NCBI RefSeq assembly: GCF_001194135.2
Contig: NC_069009.1
Coordinates: 11,740,731 to 11,773,964, forward strand
Origin: Octopus bimaculoides
Taxonomy: Eukaryota
Direction of reading: 5' to 3'
Length of the DNA stretch: 33,234 nucleotides
Both the position numbers and the translations under genes were made by a program. Every line of letters begins with the position of its first letter. Positions within the stretch are counted from its first letter, which is position 1. Below the pieces are notes generated by a model. That model had not been told where the DNA came from and ran no database searches. It saw only the letters and a program-made list of their open reading frames with translations. Below, one piece after another: positions 21,047-32,911 of this stretch.

Positions 21047-21459
21047 TATGGCTACTAACTAATGAAAGCCCGTATACTGCTGCCCCTATTTAGGCCCAAA
21101 CTATTCACTGATATCTTAACATTTCTTACCTTCCCTTCGTTTCCTTTCATTTCACATTTTTTTTCCCTCTTTGAATATATTCAACAGAGGTTGGTGTCAT
21201 TCAGAAGTTCATACAGATATTTAGTTACAAATAATTAGTTTGTAACATCTTCAGAGACAAACATAAAGGGATTTTAATCTCTTCCCTGAGCCTATGCATG
21301 AATTCAACCTAAGCCTCCTTCTCCCTGTTTTCCCTCTTCTCAACCTCTAATAGAATATGGGACCATTCATACCTGGTTCCTGTGCAGGTGGAACGTTAAA
21401 AACACCACCAAATTTTACGTATCAGTAAATTTAAAATACTTTTTTCCTTTTTTTTTTAC

Positions 21460-22060
21460 TGTTGCCTCCCAACTACATGGTTCTGGGCTTAGTGTGGCAC
21501 CTTGGGTAGGTGTCTTCTGCTATAGCCCTGTACCAACCAGGGCCTTGTGAGTGGATTTAGTAGACAGAAACTGAAAGAAATGAGCTGGCAGAAGCGTTAG
21601 CACGCCGGGCGAAATGCTTAGCGGTATTTTGTCTGCCGCTATGTTCTGAGTTCAAATTCCGCCGAGGTCGACTTTGCCTTTCATCCTTTTATAAGGGGTT
21701 TATAAAATAAGTACCAGTTGCGCACTGCGGTCGATGTAATCGACTTAATCCCTTTGTCTGTCCTTGTTTGTCCCCTCTGTGTTTAGCCCCTTGTGGGCAA
21801 TAAAGAAATAAGAAACTGTAAGAAGCCCTCATATATATATGTATATACTTATGTTTGTCTTTGTGTCTGTGTTTGTCCCCCCTCACTCTCACTTGACAAC
21901 TGATGTTGGTGTGTTTACATCCCTGTAATCGAGCGGTTTGACAAGAGAAAGTGACAGAATGAATACTAGTCTGGCAAACAATAAATTCTGGGGTCGATTT
22001 GTTCATCTAAAACACGTTAAGACGTTATTCCAGTAATCAAATGACTGAAAAAGTAAATGA
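21460..22060 (+). mobile_element. SINE family A interrupted by SINE family B
   Basis: A head at 21460-21579, A body resumes at ~21813. GAAACTG(A/T)AAGAA flanks the insert. Confidence 0.75.
21581..21812 (+). mobile_element. SINE family B
   Basis: GAGCTGGCAGAA.CGTTAGCACGCCGGG...GGCAATAAAGAAATAAG; matches 25423-25657. Confidence 0.85.
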
Positions 22061-22154
22061 ATATACACCTGTACAAATACATTTATACATACATTATATA
22101 TATATATATATATATATACACATAGTATGTAAAAAGCGCTGTCCGAACGTGATC

Positions 22155-22366
22155 AATGCCAGTAGCGCCTGGCTGGCTCCCTTGCTGGTGACACGTAAAA
22201 ACACCCACTACACTCCTGGGGTGGTTGGCATTAGGAAGGGCATCCAGCTGTAGAAACATTGCCAGATCAGATTGGTGCCTGGTGCAGCCTTCTGGCTCTC
22301 CAGACTTCAGTCAAATCGTCCAACCCATGCCAGCATGGGAAACGGGTGTTAAACGATGATGATGAT
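22155..22366 (+). mobile_element. RTE 3' tail
   Basis: Family match; GAT tail. Confidence 0.8.
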
Positions 22367-22699
22367 TTGTTTGGACACTTAAAATAGGTTTTTTATTAAC
22401 CATGTCTTATCAAAAATACATTCATAAATAGATATAGCACTGAGGAATGGCTATTAGCATTTAGGCTAGGCTAGGGCAGGCCTAGTCTAGCCTATGGACA
22501 AGCAATTTGACTTAAGTTGTGTCTCCTGGAAGCTATTAATGACTTAGGACGAGGTATACCTGTAGATAAATACATATATATATATGTATGTGTGTGTAGT
22601 AACAGAAAGGGAGGAATTTTGATTATCCCCACATGGTGATTTGTAATATACATAAATCAGACGAAAATTATTGCTGGTGTCACGCAATAACCACCATTT

Positions 22700-22920
22700 A
22701 TGCGTGGGTCATTTCCAGTGCCGTCTTACTGGCTCCCAGTGCCGGTGACACATAAAAACACCTACTACACTCTCGGAGTGGTTGGTGGTAGGAAGGACAC
22801 CCATCTGTAGAAACATTGCCAGATCAGACTAGAGCCTGGTGCAGCCTCCTGGTTTGCCAGCCCCCAGTCAAACCGTCCAACGCATGTCAGCATGGAAAAT
22901 GGATGCTAAATGATGATGAT
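22700..22920 (+). mobile_element. RTE 3' tail
   Basis: Family match; GAT tail. Confidence 0.8.
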
Positions 22921-23040
22921 GGAAAATGCACACACTTTACATAATTTTAATGTATTTTGCATTGTGTTTGTCGACCTGTTTCACTTTTGCTAATCATAAT
23001 ATTAAAATTTATTCAAATACATATTTTGTTAAAATTTGTT

Positions 23041-23352
23041 CAGGAGTGGCTGTGTGGTAAGTAGCTTGTTTACCAACCACATGGTTCCAGGTTCAGTCCC
23101 ACTGCATGGCATCTTGGGCAAGTGTCTTCTACTATAGCCTCTTGCCGACCAAAGCCTTGTGAGTGGATTTGGTTGACGGAAACTGAAAGAAGCCCGTCGT
23201 ATATATGTATATTTATATATGTATGTGTGTGTGTCTGTTTGTCCCCCTAGCATTGCTTGACAACCGATGCTGGTGTGCTTATGTCCCTGTCATTAGCGGT
23301 TCGGCAAAAGAGAACGATAGAATAAGTACAAGGCTTATGAAGAATAAGTCTC
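23041..23352 (+). mobile_element. tRNA-SINE family A, near full length
   Basis: tRNA-like head with A/B-box-like motifs (TGGCTGTGTGG, GGTTCAGTCC) and a central (TA)/(TG) run. Confidence 0.85.
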
Positions 23353-23808
23353 CAGAAATTTCAAATGCTATGTATACTTTATTCAAAGTAAAACATCTAA
23401 ATACATACAATTGGTTATTGTGAACATGCAGATGATATTCACTTCCCTGTGAGGAAAGAAGTTTACTTCCCTACCTCATGGTTCTGGGTTCAGTCCCATT
23501 GCATGGCATCTTGGACAAGCCTCTTCTGTTATAGCCTCAGGCTTTCCAAATCCTTGTGAATGGGTTTGGTAGACGGAAACTATATGAAGCGCATTATCAG
23601 GCTGCTGCAAAGTTGGCTAAAGCAAAATGCAGGTGGATCTGTTAGTGATGATATTTTTCAACATATTCCTCTCTAAAATTCACACACTTCTTGGAGCAGT
23701 GTTTCAGTTTTTCTAAGCCCTGTAAAAGAACTCAGAAAGTTGGGCCACCAAACAGGCCTTTCGTGACACCTTTGCATCCAGGAACTTTTCAGGATCCCCT
23801 TGTATGTA

Positions 23809-23874
23809 TCGAAACATATGTTGGAAATAAAATAAATCATTTAATACATGCGTATAACTCTATTTATTTAATCT

Positions 23875-23909
<35 letters not shown>

Positions 23910-24010
23910 CGTGATGAACGATATATATATATACATATATATATAAGATTAAATAAATAGAGTTATACGCATGTGTTAAATGATTTCTTTTATTTCCGAC
24001 ATATGTTTCG
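23809..24010. repeat. Tail-to-tail inverted pair of Penelope-like tails around a (TA)n run
   Basis: CGAAACATATGT(T/C)GGAAATAAAA.AAATCATTTAA.ACATGCGTATAACTCTATTTATTTAATCTTATA on + at 23810-23880 and on - at 24010-23940. Confidence 0.85.
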
Positions 24011-24082
24011 AAGATTACATTTGGTTCATTCCGAAGGAATGTGTGATGTTGATAAAGATTTAATCTTCTCTTCAGGGAAACA
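23991..24082 (-). ncRNA. Type I hammerhead ribozyme with a fully canonical core (GUC site)
   Basis: Stem I UGUUUCC(24082-76)/GGAAAUA(23997-91); CUGAAGA 24075-69; 8-bp stem II GAAGAUUA/UAAUCUUC with a 43-nt loop; GAAA 24009-06; palindromic ACAUAUGU; GUC 24000-23998. Confidence 0.85.
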
Positions 24083-24197
24083 CATAAGAACCAACTCAAC
24101 CGTAAGACATTATTACCGAATGCTACCCTGGTATCTATTAACCAATTTATTTTGTCAGAGTTAATTGTTAACTAAGAGAAAATAAATACATATAATT

Positions 24198-24230
<33 letters not shown>

Positions 24231-24289
24231 CACATATAAATATATGCATATAAATATAGACATATAGATAGATGTGTGTATTTATGTCT

Positions 24290-24500
24290 GTGAGTGTGTC
24301 CCCCACTGCTGCTTGGCTACTGGCATTGGTGTATTTAACATCCTTGTTACTTAACACTTAAGCAAAAGAGGCAATTGAATAAGTACCGCATATAAAAGAG
24401 AAAACCAGTACTGGGGTTGATTAATTCAACTAAAATTCTTCAAGGAGCTGCCCCAGCATGGCCACAATCTAATGATTGAAACAAGTTAAAGATATAAGAA
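24290..24500 (+). mobile_element. SINE family A variant, 3' half
   Basis: TGTCCCCC...GCAAAAGAG...AGTAC...CCAGCATGGCCACA...GAAACAAG. Confidence 0.7.
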
Positions 24501-24522
24501 AGATTATATACATTGTATATGG

Positions 24523-24565
<43 letters not shown>

Positions 24566-24629
24566 TTAGATATTCTTTTATCTTCTTGCTGCAATCAAAG
24601 AACTGTGGCCATGCTGGGTCACCACCTTC

Positions 24630-25215
24630 AAGGATTTACTCAAAGATATCAATCCGAAATACAAACACACAGCATGTACCAAAAAATGACACACCTATGG
24701 GATCTTCAATTGAAAATAACATTTTAACATCTATTTCTAAATTATTCGCCACATTAGCAATATTTACATATTATTCCGGTACTTTGTCTTTACCCTCTAA
24801 ATCGTACTCCTTCTAGATATAAACTTTACCCTTATTTACGGCTTCCTTTACAAATATATGAACTGCCCACAACTTATAAATTAGTAACACATAGCTCCTA
24901 TTAACCACATAGATATCCCTAATTAGGGATAACTCACTCAGATTATACCGGCAGCCAACTAGCCGAACACGTGGAAGTCATGCTAATAACTAACTATAAG
25001 AATTCAAATTCAACCGACCCCTATTCTTCAACTCTCTCACAATGGATTTAATGAACTTTGAACCCAACTATAATGTAAGACTTTTGAATCATTGAACATT
25101 TTCTTTTCCGATTTCTCCCTCTATCTTTCGCTCTATTCTTGTCTTTGCCTATCGCCGCCTTCTTCGTTCTGATGACGTCTACCATTTGCAACGAGTTAAA
25201 TACATATTTACCTCA
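24630..25215 (+). mobile_element. Possible decayed Penelope-like 3' end
   Basis: An ...FFNSL-HNGFNEL* remnant resembles a GIY-YIG tail and is followed by CTGATGA at 25169-75 without an intact GAAA. Weak. Confidence 0.3.
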
Positions 25216-25422
25216 ACATGGTACACAGAAACAGCTGTAAACTTATTCTTATCTTCACCTTGCTTAACGAATTACATAATGGCCTTTTAGCACTGAAGGC
25301 ACACTTCTATTTGTTGTTTTTCATCCATTTTCTTATCGTCTCTCTCTCTATATATATATCTATATATATATATATATATATNNNNNNNNNNNNNNNNNNN
25401 NNNNNNNNNNNNNNNGAAAGAA

Positions 25423-25657
25423 AGGTGGTGAGCTGGTAGAAACGTTAGCACGCCGGGTGAAATGCTTACCAGTATTTCGTCTGCTGTTACATTCTGAGTT
25501 CAAATTCAGCCAAGGTTGACTTTGCCTTTCATCCTTTCGGGGTCGATAAATTAAGTACCAGTTACACACTGAGGTCGATGTAATTGACTTAATACCTTTG
25601 TCTGTCCTTGTTTGTCCCCTCTATGTTTGGCCCGTTGTGGGCAATAAAGAAATAAGA
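25423..25657 (+). mobile_element. SINE family B
   Basis: Matches 21581-21812; AAGAAAG flanks. Confidence 0.85.
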
Positions 25658-25953
25658 AAGGGAGAGAGAGGGTATGATGGTGGGGTTCCCTATAATCTGG
25701 GAGGTCAGTAACTTCGAATAACAACTCAATTCAAACCATGAAATCTCTTACAATCAATGCCAGAATGGGAGATGGAAGTAAAATGATGATTATTACATGT
25801 TTGTGTATGTGTGTTGTTCATGTTTCGTGTCCATCTTTCTTTTTCTTTCTTATTTCTCTTTTTCACTCATGCATCCTCCTTGTCTGCCTGCCTCTCCCTT
25901 TCCGTCACACTCTCTTTAATTTATTTCAAAAACGCTCACTTACGTTATTTCAG

Positions 25954-26105
25954 ATTAACGAAATACATTCAAATGATAGAAGTTACCTGATGCTTGCTTC
26001 TGAACTGGGCAACATTGATTTGATAAAATTATTAGTTGATGCTGGAGCTGATTTGAACATGTGTAACAAAAGCAAGTGTACAGCTTTACATTATGCTGTG
26101 CAGAG
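25954..26105 (+). CDS. Ankyrin-repeat coding exon (INEIHSNDRSYLMLASELGNIDLIKLLVDAGADLNMCNKSKCTALHYAVQ)
   Basis: TTATTTCAG acceptor and AG|GTAAGT donor (phase 2). Clear ankyrin consensus (LMLA..LG..LIKLLV.AGADLN; TALHYA). Confidence 0.9.
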
Positions 26106-26454
26106 GTAAGTTGAGAATTAACTAAAATCTCTAGATCGGGTTTTGTTTCTAAATGTCTTCCAATTCCAAACAGGTTGAATATCCAAACACTCCATAGTAG
26201 TGGCAACGTGACTGAATAACAAAATGATAGTCGTAACCAGCACCATGTTTTTCTTGTTTTTCTCCATCTATCAAATTCATTATTGAATCAAAAAACCCCT
26301 TTTTTGTGGGAACTTACTGTCAAAACAGATTATTCTTGTTTTGGAGATATTTTTTAAGAGCCAACAATTTTCAAGATTGACCCAGTGTGATTCAATGTTC
26401 TCTGTTAATATTGGCTACGGTGAGTGTGCCTGTAGTCCATGTAGACCAATCCCT

Positions 26455-26732
26455 TCTCAATCCACTCTGAAGGACAAAAGGCAGAGGAAGGAGAACTGCA
26501 ACACCATGTCATCAAATCCTGACCAGACCTTCAACTGCAGCCACCTGCTGCCTGCCTGCTGGTCTCAAATTGGCATTGTCAGCCATGAGTCTATGTAGAC
26601 CAGTCCCTTCTCAATCTTCATTCATGAAGCCAAGCCAATATACGTCCAACCTGATTTTTTATCAGCTGTTTTCACAAATCCCTCTGATATATTCTCCTTC
26701 ATTGTTCACAACTTATTGCTATCATTGCACCA
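26455..26732 (+). repeat. RTE-type ORF2 Cys/His tail plus downstream sequence, duplicated at 28645-28915
   Basis: LKDKRQR.ENCNTM.SNPD.TFNCSH...ACWS.IGIVSH resembles the CxxC...SRIGLxSH end of RTE LINEs. ~270-bp direct repeat. Confidence 0.7.
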
Positions 26733-26990
26733 ATTTTTCTTCAAAGAAAATTTTATTTCAGCTCCAAAATGAGAAGAACGATTCTGCAGCAATAATCTGT
26801 GAACGTTCTCCGAGAGATTATATCTCACCTCCACCCAAAACATAACATATTCTTAGTTGGATTCCGACATGAACTGTGCCTCATCATGTCACCTCTGGAA
26901 ACGCAAACATATTTTTAAAGTTCTTATTATTTTTATAGTTTCCTCAATCACAAGTTTTTGTTGTGCTCCACATATACAAGCACTCAATCC

Positions 26991-27025
<35 letters not shown>

Positions 27026-27108
27026 CTATGAATTTTAATAGAGAAATTTCTATTAACACAACATGTAATGATTGAATCAGGACACAATACATTCTTTTAC
27101 AATCCCAG

Positions 27109-27190
27109 AAATGTAACTTTGAAAGCAGTTGCAACACTTATGTCGATTGATTGCAATATTCATGGAATGCAAATCAATATTTTGGAATAA
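27109..27190 (+). CDS. Probable next exon of ankyrin gene B ((R)NVTLKAVATLMSIDCNIHGMQINILE*)
   Basis: CATTCTTTTACAATCCCAG acceptor. Read in phase 2 it completes the ankyrin repeat begun in the previous exon. No GT donor is found before the TAA. Confidence 0.55.
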
Positions 27191-27502
27191 GAGAAAGAAA
27201 TATTTATTCAAGATTTCATTCTTTACAATTGTTTTGGCGGCAAAATTCTCCGCTGCATCAGAAGAGAAACATTTCAAAGAAATAAACTGTCAGAAAATAC
27301 TGTCATCAAAGAATTTTCAGACAATAAGAGTGAACAAATGAAGAATAAAGACTCATAGCAAATGAAAAGAAAAATCACAAAAGAAATTGTCAGAGTTGCC
27401 AGAATAAGAACAAGATGGAGAAAGTTCAGAAAGATATTAACTCTGCTGGTGAGAAAAGGTCTCTCTCTTAGAGTGAAAGGCAGAATATGTGATGCTTGTG
27501 TA

Positions 27503-27659
27503 GTAGTGGCTGTGTGGTATGTAGCTTGCTAACCAACCACATGGTTCCAGGTTCAGTCCCACTGCGTGGCACCTTGGGAAAGTGTCTTCTACTATAGCCA
27601 TGGGCCGACCAAAGCCTTGTGAATTGATTTGGTAGACGGAAACTGAAAGAAGCCCGTCG

Positions 27660-27696
<37 letters not shown>

Positions 27697-27896
27697 TTGT
27701 CCCCCCAACACTGCTTGAGAACCGATGCTGGTGTGTTTACATCCTCATAATGTAGTGGTTCAGCAAAAGAGACCAATAGAATAAGTACTAGGCTAACAAA
27801 GAATATGTCCTGGGGTCGATTTGTTCGACTAAAGGTGGTGCTCCAGCATGGCCACAGTCAAATGACTAAAACACGTAAAAGAATAAATAAAAGAAT
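27503..27896 (+). mobile_element. tRNA-SINE family A, full length
   Basis: Head, (TA)n core and AAAAGAAT tail. Confidence 0.85.
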
Positions 27897-27914
27897 AAAC
27901 AGCAAAAGTGTATG

Positions 27915-28600
27915 TTAGTGAAATGTGGACTGTTAATGTAGAGATATGCAGGGACTAGAATTGATTAAAACTAGTATACTCCATTGGATGTGTAACATCA
28001 GTGTGTATGTAAGGCAGAGTGCAATTGTATTGAGAGAGAAATTGGGTATAAAAGGAATCAGATGTAATGTATAAGAGAGAAGACAGAACTGGTATGGGAC
28101 ATACAATGGTTATGGATGAGACGAACTACACAGAGAAGTGCCAATCACTTAAGACTGGTAGGAATTGTGGAAGAGATACAGGAAAGCAAGTAGTAAAAGT
28201 TGATCTTAGTCTGACAAAGGACTGGAATGACTGGTGATCAACGGTGTTTGAGAAAATCCACTGCACAGAACTACTCATTTTATCATCTTTTCTGAGATAG
28301 AAATTATTTTTTTCAGTAGCCAGAACTACTTCACTTAACAGCCATCCTTCATTTTTAACATTATCCCTCTCCACTCATGTTTTACATTGATCACCCCATT
28401 CCTGGTTCATGTAAGGAAAGCCACCTGGTCATACAAACCATGCCAAAGCAGACATTGAAACATGGTGCAGACTTCCAACTCATCAGATCCTGTCAAATCA
28501 TTCAACACATGTTTGTGGAGACGACAGAGTGTAGAGGATGATGAAATTTAAGTATAGAGGATGATGATGGCAATGATAATGGTGAAGGTGATGATGATGG
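27915..28600 (+). mobile_element. Decayed RTE LINE ORF2 3' part
   Basis: SEMW...SILHWMCNISVYVRQSAIVLREKLGIKGIRCNV*ERR..WYGH, typical of the RTE C-terminal region. Confidence 0.7.
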
Positions 28601-28914
28601 GGATAATGATCCTATTGTCTCATCTGGAAATCCGTGCAGGGCCACTGTGAAGGACAAAAGGCAGAGGAGGGAGAACTGCAACACCATGCCATCAAATCCT
28701 GACCACACCTTCAACTGCAGCCACTGCAGTCCTGCCTGCTGGTCTCATATTGTCAGCCATGCATGTAGCTGTAGTCAATGTGGACCAGTCCCTGATGAAT
28801 CTTCATTCATGAAGCCAAACCAATATACATCCATCCTGATTTTTTATCAACTGTTTTCACAAATCCCTCAATTATATATTCTCCTTCATTGTTCACAACT
28901 TATTGCTATCATTC

Positions 28915-29240
28915 CACCATTTGGTAAATTCATTGATGTTAGAAAGAATCTGGTCTTGACTCAAAGAATTCATTGAGCCATGATTTCAGCTCCATTCTGT
29001 TGTTGAATGAAATGCCTCACTCAGTGTTGGAATTCAATTGGAAAGGATGGTAATACGAAGGTGTTATATCAGGAAAATGTGGTTGGTGTGGTAGAGCTCC
29101 CCAACAGCATTTCCTGATCAAAATTAGTGAACAGTCGGAGAGCATTGTCATGTTGAAGAAGCATGATGTGTCCTTGGTCAGTCTGTTTCAGGTAGATTGT
29201 CTTGTTGAGTTGGTGCATTTGCTAAGCATAAAGCATTGCA
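28915..29240 (-). pseudogene. mariner (DD34D-type) transposase C-terminal remnant
   Basis: LLQHDNA...WGALPHQPHFPDITPSYYHPF...SFNNRMELKSWLNEFFESRP, with frameshifts and stops. Confidence 0.75.
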
Positions 29241-29391
29241 TGGTCCGTGTGATTGTTTGCAAGCGTTTTGTTGTAGATTAGCCCTTCCAACTCTTATCAA
29301 ACACAGAGCATTTTGTCTTGCATGGAAGCAGCGCTGGCTTGTCACAGCTTAACAATTCTTTTTCTATTTCATTTTGATGTAAAACACCATT

Positions 29392-30523
29392 TTTGCTTAT
29401 TTCTTGCTCGGCGTCATCACCTAACATGGTTTTAACCATCTTTTTACAAGCGGGTAAGATAATCGACTTGGCTAAAGTATGTGATTTGGTTTGTAGTGCA
29501 GTCATTCGGCTATCTCAACAGACGTGACTGGAGCCTTTTCAGAAGCATTCATCCTTTTCTCAAAATAATTTCTTTGTTTAAATTGCTATTCTAGCGGTCT
29601 TTGGAAATAATTCAGATCTTTACATTGAAAATTTGAGTGTTTAGTTGTAAAATGTCTTTTCATCTTGCTAGGTAACATGCCTTCGTTAGACATCTTTTCA
29701 CCACAAACAACGCATGGCAGAAGAGGTTGATCCTTGTTACTTGTCCAATGAAACCCAAACTTCAAATAGCTTTTTCAATATTTATGATTGGGTCGAGCTT
29801 TCGCATTATTATCACTATGCTTAGTTGCTTTTGATGAACGTTCACTTTCAGATTCGTAATCGTCATGGTTATGCCTTCCATATTATGGGTAATTTAATAT
29901 GTTAATATGAACCGTCTCATTCAAAGTACTAACAGATTCAAACTAAGACTGAGACCAGTGACCAGTGAGCTGTGAAAAGTGGCAGCGTGTTACATTATCG
30001 GACTCTTGTGAGAAGTCTTTGAAAATTAATTAAAAAGATGTAAATTCTCACCACTATCTGAATGAAAAAAATTGAAATACAGCCACAATATGTGAGGATG
30101 TATTAACAGATTTAGTTCAACAGCATATGTTTTATTTCAGTAGTTTATTTTTCACACTTATTGAAATGAAAACTGTAGAAGCTACGACCGAAATAAGCTG
30201 AAACATAGTCGTGCGCTAGATATGTCCATAAGACATCAATTTCGAGGATGAATTGATGCTAATTTAGTTCTTATCCTTATGAAATTTCAGATTCAAAATT
30301 AAATAACTTTGTCAAATTGTAATTAACCTAAATAAATTGAATGAGGAGACAACGACCTCTCATTCTTGGTTTAAAACTTAGTATTGCATTTTTTGCCACT
30401 TAAACATTTATATATGAACTTTCTAGTGAATTTCGGTTTGTATTTTTCATATTTTGAAATATAATCTTACTTATTCAAGGTGCACCTAATCCCATCTTGC
30501 GGTGCACAGTTTGGGAACCATTG
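29392..30523 (-). mobile_element. hAT Buster/Charlie-type transposon 5' part with a BED-finger transposase remnant (~29810-29392)
   Basis: Terminus CAATGGTTCCCAAACT at 30523. SYLKFGF...PCVVCGEKMSNEGMLPSKMKRHFTTKH...SHTLAKSIILPACKKMVKTMLGDDAEQEISK. Confidence 0.85.
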
Positions 30524-31239
30524 GGTTGGGGAGAGGAGTTTCGGAAAATTCACAGGAAAATTCCCCTCATAACTTTCTGGAAAATAAATATTTTTTAATG
30601 AAATTTTATACAAATACTCAGTGTAGATTATGATTAGAAAGAAATTTGTAGGCAAAAGGTTTTGAAGGGGGTGAGAGGGAGGAATTTCTGGAAAACAGAC
30701 GGCCCACATGAGAAAAGGAAAAATTTGGCTGCTGTTTCTAGCATGCCCTGCTACCTCGTAACAACTATTTGCATTCACGCCGAAATATTACCAACGTTTT
30801 TTTCTTCCATTTATTTTCCCACTTTATGGAAGTCAATAAATTCTCTGCTGACATCCACCTCAGTGAGGTCACGGATCAAGTGGAAACACATCAATCACTG
30901 TTCTCTCTTGACTAGAAATTTCTCACTGTCTTTGCAAGCAACAAGTGGGTGGATTTGGTTTCAAATCTAGGCAGGGCCAAATGATGTCTTACAAGTTATT
31001 TATAATAAAATGTGGCGTTATATCAGAGTTGAAAGAATGACATGTACAATATTAGATATGTTAAGACAATCTGAAAACCATATAAACTTTTAAATGTTTA
31101 CTGGTTTTTGTGAAGTTTTTGGGGTTAATGGACTTGAATTAATGGAAGTTAATTAGTCTGATAATGATTTTCAAAGGTAATTTAAAAGTTAAATTTTTCA
31201 CGAAAGCATTAACTTCATTAATTAATGATCAACGCCCAG

Positions 31240-31276
<37 letters not shown>

Positions 31277-31385
31277 AAGATATTTCAATGAATGTATGAT
31301 TGTAAGTACGTATGTGTGTGCGTGTATTTATGTATGTTGAGAGAGCGAGATGCATACTCACAATGATTGTGTATATATATGTTCT

Positions 31386-31768
31386 TTGTTGGCACTCCGT
31401 CGCTTACGACGTCGAGGGTTCCAGTTGATCCGATCAACGGAACAGCCTGCTCGTGAATTTAACGTGCAAGTGGCTGAGCACTCCACAGACACGTGTACCC
31501 TTAACGTAGTTCTCGGGGATATTCAGCGTGACACAGACTGTGACAAGGCTGACCCTTTGAATTACAGGCACAACAGAAACAGGAAGTAAGAGCGAGAGAA
31601 AGTTGTGGTGGAAGAGTACAGCAGGGTTCGCCACCATTCCCTGCCGGAGCCTCGTGGGGCTTTAGGTGTTTTCGCTCAATAAACACTCACAATGCCTGGT
31701 CTTGGAATTGAAACTGCAATCCTATGACTGTGAGTCCGCTGCCCTAACCACTGAGCCATTGCGCCTCA
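31386..31768 (-). mobile_element. tRNA(Arg-like)-derived SINE, full length (resembles octopus OR-type SINEs)
   Basis: Head GAGGCGCAATGGCTCAGTGGTTAGGGCAGCGG...; tail GACGGAGTGCCAACAA. Confidence 0.8.
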
Positions 31769-31916
31769 TATATATATATATATATATGTATATGTATATA
31801 TATATGTATATATATGNNNNNNNNNNNNNNNNNNNNNNNNNNNNNNNNNNNNNNNNNNNNNNNNNNNNNNNNNNNNNNNNNNNNNNNNNNNNNNNNNNNN
31901 NNNNNNNNNNNNNNNN

Positions 31917-32911
31917 CAAGTCAGGACGATAGAATGTGGAAGGGGATAGAGAAGATACAGAGGCAGAGGATGGTAGCGATGTATTTATGGTCAGTCGGTC
32001 TTAACAGGGTAGAGGGGAAGAGCTTATAGAGTGAAGGGGGAATAGGGGGATGAGGTTTAAAAGGTCGAGTGAGTAGGAAAGAATGCGTCTGTGTAGTATA
32101 TAGGTGGTGGGGGTATGAGTGATAAAAGAAAGACAGAGATAAAGGAGTGGGATGGGTGGGAGAGGTAGTTAGTAGTATCATGTTTTAGGATGCTGCCACG
32201 CCTATTTATAGACGGTGGAAAGGGATAGAAAGAGGTGACGTAGTCTCCAGTGCTCCAATTGCAAGCTCTGCCTAACAGAGGCGTTCCATATTTTAAAATG
32301 CAATTCTCCCACACTACTTAATCGATATAATGAAGCATTTAGCAACTGCAACCACCGCTCTTTTCACACATTTAGGTCATATCACAAGCAAAATTGCACA
32401 AATGATTACGCAACATAATAATACAACCCCCCATAGGCAACATATTCAACCTGGCAAAAACATCCATCTTTCACCATCTTTTTTGAAATAGGATTATTTT
32501 CTTTCGATCATTACACCAAGCATATACCACCAAATCTAATTCTCATATTCTCAATTTAGCAAGAACACTACCTACACAAACAGACTACGTCACCTCTTTC
32601 TATCCCTTTCCACCGTCTATAAATAGGCCTGGTAGCATCCTAAAACATGATACTACTAACTACCTCTCCCACCCATCCCACTCCTTTATCTCTGTCTTTC
32701 TTTTATCACTCATACCCCCACCATCTATATACTACACACACGCATTCTTTCCTACTCACTCGACCTTTGAAACCTCATCCCCCTATTCCTCCTTCACTCT
32801 ATAAGCTCTTCCCCTCTACCCTGTTAAGACCAACTGACCATAAATACATCGCTACCATCCCCTGCCTCTGTATCTTCTCTATCCCCTTCCACATTCTATC
32901 GTCCTGACTTG
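31917..32911. repeat. 330-bp inverted duplication (31917-32246 / 32582-32911) with a 335-bp spacer
   Basis: About 8 mismatches by eye (~97% identity). The left arm abuts an N gap. Confidence 0.9.

Noticed and set aside
23041-23110. tRNA-like sequences at SINE heads (also 27503 and 31700-31768)
   Set aside because: They continue into SINE bodies and lack a clean cloverleaf, so they are not tRNA genes.
25738-25953. 5' extension of the ankyrin ORF from the ATG at 25738
   Set aside because: Low-complexity pyrimidine-rich sequence upstream of a good acceptor; intronic.
11873-28798. Other CTGANGA boxes (11873, 19416, 28792, and those inside the acidic CDS)
   Set aside because: No downstream GAAA with supporting stems I-III could be built.
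31921-32907. Duplicate 86-aa ORFs (31921-32181 and 32647-32907)
   Set aside because: Composition-driven ORFs in the two arms of the inverted repeat, with no recognisable domain.
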